From assembly GCA_017610175.1 (NCBI GenBank), contig JAFCCO010000019.1:1-20955 (forward strand): a stretch of 20,955 nt of DNA, read 5' to 3'. The DNA comes from Candidatus Iainarchaeum sp. (GTDB taxonomy: Archaea; Iainarchaeota; Iainarchaeia; Iainarchaeales; GCA-2688035). The notes under the pieces were generated by a model that saw only the letters and a program-made list of their open reading frames with translations, was not told the origin of the DNA and ran no database searches. Below are positions 8,873 through 16,408 of this stretch, in pieces. A program made the position numbers and the translations under genes. Position 1 is the stretch's first letter. Each line of letters opens with the position of its first letter.

Positions 8873-10303
8873 TTGAAGATTTTGTTAATTAATCCGCCTT
8901 ATAGAGAGTCTATTCCGGCGGCGGTTTTTCCAAGCGGGTTTGGTTATATTGCGAGTGTTTTGCTGAAAGGTGGGCATGATGTTAGTGTATTAGATATTAA
9001 CGGTTATCGGTATTTAAAATCAGAAGTTGAGGATAAAATTAAGGGCGCCAATTTTGATTTATTTGCAACTGGCGGTCTTATTACAAAATATAAATATGTT
9101 AAATGGCTTTGTAATCTGATTAAAAAATATCATCCAAATAAGTTTGTGGTTGTGGGTGGCGCACTTGCAACTTCTGCGCCTGAACTTGTAATTAATAAAA
9201 TGGATGCCAATGCTATTATTTTAGGTGAGGGGGAGAACACAATTCTTGAGCTTGCCAATGCTTTGGAAAAAAAGTCCAATTTAAAGGAAGTGAATGGTCT
9301 TTGGTTTATGGATGGAAAAAAGGTTATGAAAAATGATTCACGCAAGCTTATTAAAGACCTTGATTCTTTACCTTTTCCTGTGTGGGATTTGTTTCCAATA
9401 GAAAATTATCTTAAAACTCCTTTTTTAACTTCAATTCCTGCGGCTTATAAAAGCATTAATATTTCAACGGTTCGGGGTTGTCCATTTGCTTGTAAGTTTT
9501 GTTATAATGTGTTTGGAAAAAGAACAAGTAGAACCAGAAGTGTTGATAGTATAATTTCTGAGATTAAGTTTCTTCAAAACAAATATGGTGTTAAAGCATT
9601 TATGTTTTGTGATGACCTTTTTACTGTAAATAAAACAAGAGTTTTTGAATTTTGTAACAAAGTGATAAATCAACAACTTAATATTTTGTGGCGCGCAAGC
9701 TCAAGAGTTGATACTATTGATGAGGAAATGCTTGTGATAATGAAACGTTCGGGGTGTGTGGGCATTTCTTTTGGTCTTGAATCCGGAAGCCAAAAGGTGC
9801 TTGAATCTATTGGCAAGGGGATTACAGTTGAACAATCAAAGAAAGCTGTTCGGTTGATGAAAAAGGTTGGCATTCCAATTTCATCCCCGTTTATGATTGG
9901 TGCGCCGGTTGAATCCGTTGAAACCATTAAGGAAACGGTTAATTTTATTAAAGAAATGGATTTGTTTGTGCCAACTATCTTTATAATAAATCCTTATCAT
10001 GGAAGTGAATTTTATGATTATGCAATGAAAAAAGGGTTAATTAAGGATGAGGAGCGGTTTGCTGAAAGGTGCGGGGAAGCATTAGATTTAAGCGTGAATT
10101 TAACTACTATGAGTGATGCCGACCTTCTTTTTTGGCGCGATTGGGCTGTGAAAACTGTTATCAAAGCTTATAGAAAAAGGCATCCTTTGAAGGCGTTGGC
10201 ACTCGATTTAAATAAAATTAACCGGACATTTAAAAATTTTGGGTTAATTGGAACTTTGAGAAAGGTGTCTGGGCGAATAAGACGTGGGGAATATAATGTT
10301 TGA
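8873..10303 (+). CDS. Cobalamin-binding radical SAM protein (class B methyltransferase-like)
   Basis: KILLINPP B12-binding N-domain, VVGG, GEGE, RGCPFACKFC (CxxxCxxC), FCDDLF, GLESGSQ. TTG8873 preferred over 8846. Confidence 0.92.
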   Translation: MKILLINPPYRESIPAAVFPSGFGYIASVLLKGGHDVSVLDINGYRYLKSEVEDKIKGANFDLFATGGLITKYKYVKWLCNLIKKYHPNKFVVVGGALATSAPELVINKMDANAIILGEGENTILELANALEKKSNLKEVNGLWFMDGKKVMKNDSRKLIKDLDSLPFPVWDLFPIENYLKTPFLTSIPAAYKSINISTVRGCPFACKFCYNVFGKRTSRTRSVDSIISEIKFLQNKYGVKAFMFCDDLFTVNKTRVFEFCNKVINQQLNILWRASSRVDTIDEEMLVIMKRSGCVGISFGLESGSQKVLESIGKGITVEQSKKAVRLMKKVGIPISSPFMIGAPVESVETIKETVNFIKEMDLFVPTIFIINPYHGSEFYDYAMKKGLIKDEERFAERCGEALDLSVNLTTMSDADLLFWRDWAVKTVIKAYRKRHPLKALALDLNKINRTFKNFGLIGTLRKVSGRIRRGEYNV

Positions 10304-10404
10304 AGGTTGGAAAATGGTTAAGAAAAATTTGAGTAAGGATGAAGTGGTAAAGATGAAAAAGAATTTTGTGGTCGCAAAGAAATTTTTGTTTGAAACAAAA
10401 TCTT
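10296..10404 (+). pseudogene. Truncated second cargo gene (5' fragment)
   Basis: ATG overlaps the end of the radical SAM gene; AT-rich until the right junction, then reads out of frame through host sequence to 10505. Confidence 0.4.
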
Positions 10405-10473
10405 TTGCAGGTGAACGCATATATTGGAATAATTTTTCTTATAATTGCAGTGATACTTTTCCTCAAGGGCTAA
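10405..10473 (+). pseudogene. 3' half of the interrupted small membrane protein
   Basis: LQVNAYIGIIFLIIAVILFLKG-stop: a clean hydrophobic helix. Confidence 0.65.
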
Positions 10474-10493
10474 AAAGCATCAATTGCCGAATC

Positions 10494-10679
10494 TCACTTC
10501 GTTGAACGCTTGTTTTTTGCCTTAACTTTTTCACTAATCCCAGTTTCAGAAAACCTTTTAAAGGACCAATCCCTATACTTTGTCGGAGATGGTTTGTTAA
10601 TTGTAAAGGCATCAACGGACAGGTGATTTGGGATAAGCTCACTCCGCTTGAGGAGTATTAAAGACCCGATCTCAATCAT
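10494..10679 (-). CDS. Hypothetical 61-aa protein
   Basis: ATG start with purine-rich upstream sequence; stop converges 20 nt from TAA10473; no motif. Confidence 0.3.
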   Translation of the reverse strand: MIEIGSLILLKRSELIPNHLSVDAFTINKPSPTKYRDWSFKRFSETGISEKVKAKNKRSTK

Positions 10680-10839
10680 TCCTCAACCATCTCCCCTTTA
10701 CCTTTACCCTCTGCATCGCTTTGCATTCAAAGTTCTAATTTTTGCAAAATCCGAATTTTTAATTTCTTGCTATCCCGCACATTATTGAATTGCAATTGCG
10801 GTAAAATGAACTAAAAAAAAGTAGCTATTTCTTTCCAAA

Positions 10840-10978
10840 AAAAAAGCGCAAAAAGAATTAGAAATAAAAGTGATACAGGGAGGAGGCCTGGTTTTGTCCA
10901 AGTGATGGAAGTTCCCTGTCCGGGATAGGTTGCCTCCTATGTATCGGGAGTTAGATAGTAGTTTTTTTTGCTATCATA
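10840..10978 (-). ncRNA. Candidate structured small RNA (three-way junction); ends and strand approximate
   Basis: 6-bp + 7-bp closing helices and two 4-bp hairpins within 10872-10945; minus-strand GAAAA-TTATATTA near 11002-11014 and T-tracts downstream. Confidence 0.4.
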
Positions 10979-11016
10979 TGCAATGACTACGGTTCGGCGG
11001 TTAATATAATTTTCAG

Positions 11017-11031
11017 GTTAGGAATCCTAAC
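11017..11031. promoter_or_regulatory. 15-bp palindromic operator candidate GTTAGGA-A-TCCTAAC
   Basis: Perfect 7-1-7 inverted repeat next to a BRE/TATA-like element. Confidence 0.5.
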
Positions 11032-11078
11032 TAGGCGCCTTTAAGAAAGATATGCCCTATGCTACCGGGAGTCTGGCT

Positions 11079-11915
11079 TCACAGGCAGGTGCCAACACCA
11101 AGCGTGAACAAATCGCGTAGTCCGGTTGCAAAGCCGAGCGTTGCGACAACAATCTTTAAGAAGCCGCGCAGGTTCTTGTCCTCAACTTCCTTGTCAATGT
11201 AGTGAAGTATCACCAGCACAAGCGCAATTTTTACAAGCACGAACGAGAACGGCAAGAGCTTCAGCAAAAATTCCGAAATTGGATGCTGTTCCCCGCATTT
11301 GAAAAACTGTATTGCAACAAAGGTTGCGTTCCCGTCAAGCAGCTGGGACGCAAGCACCAGAACATTGAAGTTGCTTTTAAGCAGCCCACTTTTTGTAAAT
11401 TTGTTGAACGCAAAAACAGTTACTGCTGTAATTGCAACAACCAGCCCAACAACCATTGCAACACCGTCCCATGACACAAAGTTTGCAACCTCAAACAAGG
11501 CGATTGGCAGCGCAAACAGCAGCCCGATTCCCGCAAACACGTTGTGGAACTTCTGCCCTGTTTTATCGGCCAGCAGTTTTGAAATGAACAGGCTTGCAAT
11601 TGTTACAGCCGCAATTAAAATGTAAATTCCAGGCGTTATAACCCAGTAACCGAGTTCAAGCGGGGAAAAGCTTCGCGGAAGCAATGCCATGTCCTCGAGA
11701 ACGCGCAGTGTTCCCCCAAGCAAAATGTATGGAAGAAGCGAAAGCATGAATTTGAAATCGAATTTCATTCCCTTTCGGTTAAGCAGGGGGTAAATAATCA
11801 GGAACATTACGGCAAGCATTATTGCGCCGTACACGAGGTATTCAATTGCGCCGTACTGGCCCTGTTCCGCAATCCTTCGCCCGAAAAAATCGAACAAAAT
11901 TTTCCCCAAATCCAT
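11079..11915 (-). CDS. DUF63-family archaeal membrane protein
   Basis: PYILLGGTLRVLED, ITPGIY, QLLDGNAT, EQHP, LGFATGLRD; multiple TM helices. Confidence 0.85.
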   Translation of the reverse strand: MDLGKILFDFFGRRIAEQGQYGAIEYLVYGAIMLAVMFLIIYPLLNRKGMKFDFKFMLSLLPYILLGGTLRVLEDMALLPRSFSPLELGYWVITPGIYILIAAVTIASLFISKLLADKTGQKFHNVFAGIGLLFALPIALFEVANFVSWDGVAMVVGLVVAITAVTVFAFNKFTKSGLLKSNFNVLVLASQLLDGNATFVAIQFFKCGEQHPISEFLLKLLPFSFVLVKIALVLVILHYIDKEVEDKNLRGFLKIVVATLGFATGLRDLFTLGVGTCL

Positions 11916-11955
11916 TCAATACAATTAAATTACTTAAGTGTTTTAATGTTTTTGT

Positions 11956-12819
11956 ATGGCTTCAACCAAACCACGCAACCTAAAGGAAGCACTGAAAGGG
12001 ATTTTAACCGCGAGGGAAATGCAGTTTCTTCGCACATCCTACGACAGTGTGGGGAATATCGCGGTAATTGAAATAATGCCTGAACTCGAGCGCAAGGAAA
12101 AAAAGATTGGAGAGGCACTGCTTCTCGTAAACCCGCAGTTTGAAACGGTCTGCAAAATCGCAGGCGCGCACAAGGGCTTTTTCAGGGTTCAGCCGGTAAA
12201 GGTAATTGCCGGAAAGAGAAACAAAACGGCTTTGTACAGGGAGAGCGGAACCCGCCTAAAGGTTGATTTGGGAAAAGTGTTTTTTTCCCCGCGGTTAAGC
12301 CACGAGCGTGAGCGAATCAGCAAGCTAATCAAAAAAGGGGAGGTTGTTGGCGCGCTGTTTGCAGGAGTAGGCCCGTTCCCAATTGTTTTTGCAAAGAACA
12401 CCGAAATGGAGAGGGCAATTGCAATTGAGCTCAACCCCCATGCTGTAAAGAACATGGAGGAAAACATCGTTCTCAACAAGGTTTCCGGCAGGGTTGAACC
12501 TGTTCTGGGGGACGTTAACAAAATTATTCCCCTAAAGTACAGGGGAAAGTTTGACCGTGCGGTAATGCCATTGCCCAAGGGCGGCGAAAACTTCCTTGCA
12601 TCAACAATTGCTTCAATTAAGCCAACCGGTGGAGTGGTTCACTTCTACCAATTTGTTCCAATTGAAGACCCCTTCACTGAATCTCTGAAGCTTATCAGGG
12701 AAGAGGCGGCAAAGCAGGGCAAAAAGGTTCGCATAATTCGCAAGAGAAAGGTGCGCAGCTTTTCAGCGCGAACAATTCAGGTTGTAATTGACTTCACCGT
12801 CAAAAAGGCAAAGGTTTAA
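11956..12819 (+). CDS. trm5: Trm5/Met-10-family tRNA methyltransferase
   Basis: SYDSVGNIAVI, VFFSPRLSHERER, FAGVGPF, IELNP, RAVMPLP. Confidence 0.8.
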   Translation: MASTKPRNLKEALKGILTAREMQFLRTSYDSVGNIAVIEIMPELERKEKKIGEALLLVNPQFETVCKIAGAHKGFFRVQPVKVIAGKRNKTALYRESGTRLKVDLGKVFFSPRLSHERERISKLIKKGEVVGALFAGVGPFPIVFAKNTEMERAIAIELNPHAVKNMEENIVLNKVSGRVEPVLGDVNKIIPLKYRGKFDRAVMPLPKGGENFLASTIASIKPTGGVVHFYQFVPIEDPFTESLKLIREEAAKQGKKVRIIRKRKVRSFSARTIQVVIDFTVKKAKV

Positions 12820-12846
12820 ATTATTGATAATTGCATCTTTAGTAGA

Positions 12847-13335
12847 ATGCAATACAATTATCAGGGGCTTTTTGGATTTGCTTTCTCCCACCGGAGCACC
12901 ATAATGCTTGCATTCCTTGCGGTAATGCCAAATATTGCGGGAATGCTTGTTCTTCCAACCCCTTTTGGGTTCAAACTTCACTTTTTCCAGATTTTCATCT
13001 TTCTTGCCGCAATGCTGTACGGGAAGTGGGGCGGGCTTCTTAGCGGGACATTTGGAAGCCTCTACATTGCCCTTGCATTGAGCAACCCGTTCATTATTTT
13101 TGGAAACGCCTTGCTTGGCTTTCTTACAGGAATTTTTGCAAAGCGCGTAAACATTGTGCTCGCCGTCCTAATGGCTTTTGCAATCCAGGCCCCGTGGATA
13201 TACATTACGGATCAGCTTATCGGGATGCCTGTGGCTGTTGTTGAGGGAGCAATTGTTTCGCTGCTGATTAGCGGGGTTGTCTGTGCATTTGTTGCGGCAA
13301 TTGCCTACAAGAAGGCACTGCCCCTGGTGCAATAG
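12847..13335 (+). CDS. ECF transporter S component-like membrane protein
   Basis: About 160 aa with 5-6 TM helices; LHFFQIFIFLAAMLYGKWGGLLSG pattern. Confidence 0.7.
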   Translation: MQYNYQGLFGFAFSHRSTIMLAFLAVMPNIAGMLVLPTPFGFKLHFFQIFIFLAAMLYGKWGGLLSGTFGSLYIALALSNPFIIFGNALLGFLTGIFAKRVNIVLAVLMAFAIQAPWIYITDQLIGMPVAVVEGAIVSLLISGVVCAFVAAIAYKKALPLVQ

Positions 13336-13423
13336 CCAATACAAAAGGCTTTAAAACAATTGCCAGCCAATTTCTTTAACGCTTATAAATTACTGTTTTA
13401 GTGGTGTTTTGGAGGTATTTAAG

Positions 13424-14083
13424 ATGGTTCTTTCATTGGTTTTTTTAGGCCCTCCCGGAGCGGGAAAGGGCACTATTGCGCAGAGGGTTTGTGAAAAGAA
13501 AAACATTCCCCAAATAAGCACCGGAGACATTCTCAGGGATGCTGCAAAGAAAGACGACGAATTTGGCCGCAGTGTAAAGGAAATTATGGAGAAAGGCCAG
13601 TATGTTGACGACGAAACAATGGCCAAGATTGTAAAAAACAGGCTCGGCGAGCCGGACACCGCAAACGGATTCATTTTGGACGGATATCCAAGAACGGTTA
13701 AGCAGGCAGAGCTTCTTGAGTCAATTCTTGAAGAGCTTGGGAAAAAGCTTTCTGCAATTTTGCTGATTCAGGCCTCGGAGGAAACCGTTGTTTCCAGGCT
13801 TTCAGGAAGAAGGCAGTGCAAGAACTGCAACAGGATTTACCACGTAAAAAACATTCCTCCAAAGGAAGAGGGAAAGTGTGACGAATGCGGCGGAGAGGTT
13901 TTCCAGCGCGACGACGACAAGCCGGACGCGATAAAGGAAAGGCTTCGCATTTACAGCGAAAAGACCGCTCCCTTGGTTGGATTCTACAAGGAAAAGGGCC
14001 TGATTAAGGAAATTGACGCAAACGGTGAAATTGAGGAGAACATGCAAAACGTTGAAGCAGTTCTCTCCAAATTGGAGCAGTGA
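13424..14083 (+). CDS. adk: Adenylate kinase (long, zinc-LID type)
   Basis: GPPGAGKGT, STGDILR, LDGYPRT, CKNC..CDEC, QRDDD; GGAGGT at 13411-13416 supports ATG13424. Confidence 0.96.
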   Translation: MVLSLVFLGPPGAGKGTIAQRVCEKKNIPQISTGDILRDAAKKDDEFGRSVKEIMEKGQYVDDETMAKIVKNRLGEPDTANGFILDGYPRTVKQAELLESILEELGKKLSAILLIQASEETVVSRLSGRRQCKNCNRIYHVKNIPPKEEGKCDECGGEVFQRDDDKPDAIKERLRIYSEKTAPLVGFYKEKGLIKEIDANGEIEENMQNVEAVLSKLEQ

Positions 14084-14096
14084 AGGAGGAAACAAA

Positions 14097-15350
14097 ATGG
14101 GTTTTGAGGTAAAGGACGAAAGCCTTGCAGAGCAGGGAAAAATGAACATCGCTTACGCAGAGCAGAACATGCCTGCATTGCGCAAGGTAAGGGAAAGGTT
14201 TGAAAAGGAAAAGCCGCTTGAAGGCGTTCGCGTTGGAATGGCTTTGCACCTTACAAAGGAAACGGCAAATCTTGTAAAAACACTTATTGCAGGGGGAGCA
14301 GAGGTTGCAATAACCGGCTGCAATCCTTTAAGCACACAGGACGACGTTGCGGCGGCAATGGCTGCTGACGGAGTGAACGTTTACGGCTACAAGGGAGAAA
14401 CAAACGAAGATTATTACAAGTACCTGAATACCGTGCTTGACTTCAAGCCAAACGCGACAATTGACGACGGATGCGACCTCATTTCAGTGATTCACTCAAA
14501 GAGGCCTGAAATGCTTGAGGACCTAATTGTTGGGACCGAAGAAACAACAACAGGAATAATCAGGCTCAGGGCAATGGAGAATGACAATGCACTGAAATAT
14601 CCGATTATGGCGGTAAACGACAATTTGACCAAGCATTTGTTTGACAACTACTACGGCACCGGGCAAAGCACTTTGGACGGAATTATGAGGGCAACAAACG
14701 TTCTCTTCTCAGGAAAGACAGTTGTTGTTTCAGGATACGGTTCATGCGGCAAGGGGGTTGCCTTGAGGGCATCAGGCCTTGGGGCAAACGTTATTGTCTG
14801 CGAGGTTAATCCTGTAAGGGCACTGCAGGCAAGGCAGGACGGGCACAGAATAATGCCCATTGCCGAAGCAGCTTCGCAGGGAGACGTCTTTGTAACAGTT
14901 ACCGGCGACAAGCACGTAATTGACGTGCACCACCTAGAGAAAATGAAAACCGGTGCAATCATTGCAAACTCCGGACACTTTGACTGCGAAATAAACGTCA
15001 CTGGCTTGGATAAAATGGCCAAGAGCAAAAAGCGCATCAGGTGGCAGCTGGACGAATACCTTATGGAAGACGGCAGGAAGATTTACCTCTGCGGAGAAGG
15101 AAGATTGGTTAATCTTGCGGCGGCAGAGGGCCACCCAAGTGAAGTAATGGACCTTTCATTCTGCGGCCAGGCTCTTGCACTGGAGTACGGTGTAAAGAAC
15201 AAGGGCAAGCTTGACGCAAAAGTTCATCTCCTTCCTTTAGACGTGGATGAGGGTATTGCAAGGGTAAAGCTTGAGGCAATGGGCTTCAAAATCGATGTTC
15301 TAACTGAAGAGCAGAAAAAGTACCTTGCAAGCTGGCAGGAAGGAACATAA
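14097..15350 (+). CDS. ahcY: Adenosylhomocysteinase
   Basis: CNPLSTQD, DDGCD, EETTTG, KHLFDNYYGTGQS, GRLVNL...GHP; AAGGAGG supports ATG14097. Confidence 0.97.
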   Translation: MGFEVKDESLAEQGKMNIAYAEQNMPALRKVRERFEKEKPLEGVRVGMALHLTKETANLVKTLIAGGAEVAITGCNPLSTQDDVAAAMAADGVNVYGYKGETNEDYYKYLNTVLDFKPNATIDDGCDLISVIHSKRPEMLEDLIVGTEETTTGIIRLRAMENDNALKYPIMAVNDNLTKHLFDNYYGTGQSTLDGIMRATNVLFSGKTVVVSGYGSCGKGVALRASGLGANVIVCEVNPVRALQARQDGHRIMPIAEAASQGDVFVTVTGDKHVIDVHHLEKMKTGAIIANSGHFDCEINVTGLDKMAKSKKRIRWQLDEYLMEDGRKIYLCGEGRLVNLAAAEGHPSEVMDLSFCGQALALEYGVKNKGKLDAKVHLLPLDVDEGIARVKLEAMGFKIDVLTEEQKKYLASWQEGT

Positions 15351-15351
15351 A

Positions 15352-15384
15352 TTCCTTCCTTTTTTCCCTTTTTTTTCTTATTTT
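15352..15384 (+). terminator. Oligo-T archaeal terminator after ahcY
   Basis: Long pyrimidine tract with T runs right after the stop. Confidence 0.55.
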
Positions 15385-15421
15385 GCAAAGGTATAAATAG
15401 CTGTTCCAACCAAATTCTGTA

Positions 15422-16180
15422 ATGCCTGAAGAAATGCCTGAAAGCCCGCTTGAGGGGCAGCAGGACACAACTTGTGAAATTTCATCCGAGAACGTTAACC
15501 TGGTTGACCTTATTGATCAGCCTGCGTGGAAAACGATTCTCATCGATTTGGTTAAGAGCGCGAAGATGGATCCCTGGGATATTGACATCTGCAAGCTTGC
15601 GGACAGCTATCTTGCAAAGGTAAGTGAGTCAGAGCACGTAAACCTTAAGATTCCCGCAAACGCAATTCTTGCGGCGGCAATTCTTCTCAAAATGAAGGCC
15701 CGTGCCCTGAAGCTTCGCGGAATTGAGGACGAGCAGGATTCGGCAGAGGAACTTTCCGCTGAAGATATTAAAATGATTGAGGAAAACATTCCCTCCCTAA
15801 AGGGAATGCGCAGGTTCAGGCAGGGGGCGGTTTCCCTTGACGAGCTTGTGGACGGAATCGCGGACGTCCTGGTTAAAACAAGCAGGAAGCAGGGTTCCAT
15901 TCTTCGCTCAAAGGACATTACCGAATTCAAGGTTTTGGTGAGCGAGGGCGGAATTGAGGAAAAGGTTGACTCCGTTGAAAAGAAGATTAACGAGCGCGTT
16001 GACTCACAGGGCCTGGTAATGTTTTCACAGCTTCTTGACGAGAACACCCCGCTTGAAATGGTTAACACATTTGTTCCCGTGCTTTTTTTGATGAACCGCG
16101 GAAAGATTAATGCCTGGCAGGACGAATGGTTTGGCCAAATTTTCATCTCCCTTTTGGAAAAGGCTGAAGAAAAGACTTAA
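15422..16180 (+). CDS. scpA: Segregation and condensation protein A (kleisin)
   Basis: MDPWDIDI..LADSYL, NAILAAAILLKMKA, VSLDELV, FVPVLFL...QDEWFGQI; TATAAATA at 15392-15399. Confidence 0.9.
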   Translation: MPEEMPESPLEGQQDTTCEISSENVNLVDLIDQPAWKTILIDLVKSAKMDPWDIDICKLADSYLAKVSESEHVNLKIPANAILAAAILLKMKARALKLRGIEDEQDSAEELSAEDIKMIEENIPSLKGMRRFRQGAVSLDELVDGIADVLVKTSRKQGSILRSKDITEFKVLVSEGGIEEKVDSVEKKINERVDSQGLVMFSQLLDENTPLEMVNTFVPVLFLMNRGKINAWQDEWFGQIFISLLEKAEEKT

Positions 16181-16239
16181 TTGCAATTTTGGCCTTTACT
16201 GTGCTGTCTTGAATTGCTTGGAAGCTTATGCCCTTTAAA

Positions 16240-16370
16240 TTTACTGCCCAATTCCCCCAAAAACACACCATTTTTTACTGCCCAAAAAAATAAAGTAAAA
16301 CAATAATGCCAAAATAATGGCTTATTTTGCCTTAAATGGCTAAAATAGCAATAATTCTTTTACTGCCCAA
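16240..16370 (+). repeat. Three exact direct repeats TTTACTGCCCAA
   Basis: Copies at 16240-16251, 16274-16285 and 16359-16370; partial TTTACTG at 16195. Confidence 0.9.
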
Positions 16371-16408
16371 ACGCAACATATTTAAAGTGTTTTGTATAAT
16401 TTAATTGT

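Larger units (their letters stand above)
8592..10404. mobile_element. AT-rich ~1.8-kb insertion with no transposase or integrase, bounded by a CTT direct repeat
   Basis: CTT at 8589-8591 and 10402-10404; removal restores an ORF. Hand-counted lines 9001 and 9601 have 20/60 and 14/60 G+C versus 32/60 for host line 5041. Confidence 0.65.

Noticed and set aside
8592-10410. The insert as a group I or spliceosomal intron (TTTTGCAG|G resembles an acceptor)
   Set aside because: No GT donor at the left junction, the host is archaeal, and no group I core is visible; the insert is mostly coding.
8568-10414. The insert as an archaeal bulge-helix-bulge intron (flanks CCTGCA 8571-76 and TGCAGG 10406-11 can pair)
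   Set aside because: The required central 4-bp helix does not form in the register set by the flank pairing.
10284-10505. 73-aa ORF as an intact gene
   Set aside because: It crosses the insert junction and is better explained as a truncated cargo gene reading through host sequence.
10872-10892. HDV-like ribozyme loop (GCCTCCTC on the minus strand)
   Set aside because: P3, P1 and P1.1 pairings cannot be built.
10900-10941. Fluoride (crcB) riboswitch resemblance (GATGGAAGTTC...TGCCTCCTA)
   Set aside because: P1 and the pseudoknot have mismatches, and no plus-strand gene follows.
14013-14096. N-terminal extension of AhcY overlapping adk, and similar extensions for eno, aspC, adk, rnhB and tfb
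   Set aside because: Downstream starts have SD or TATA support and match the family N-termini.
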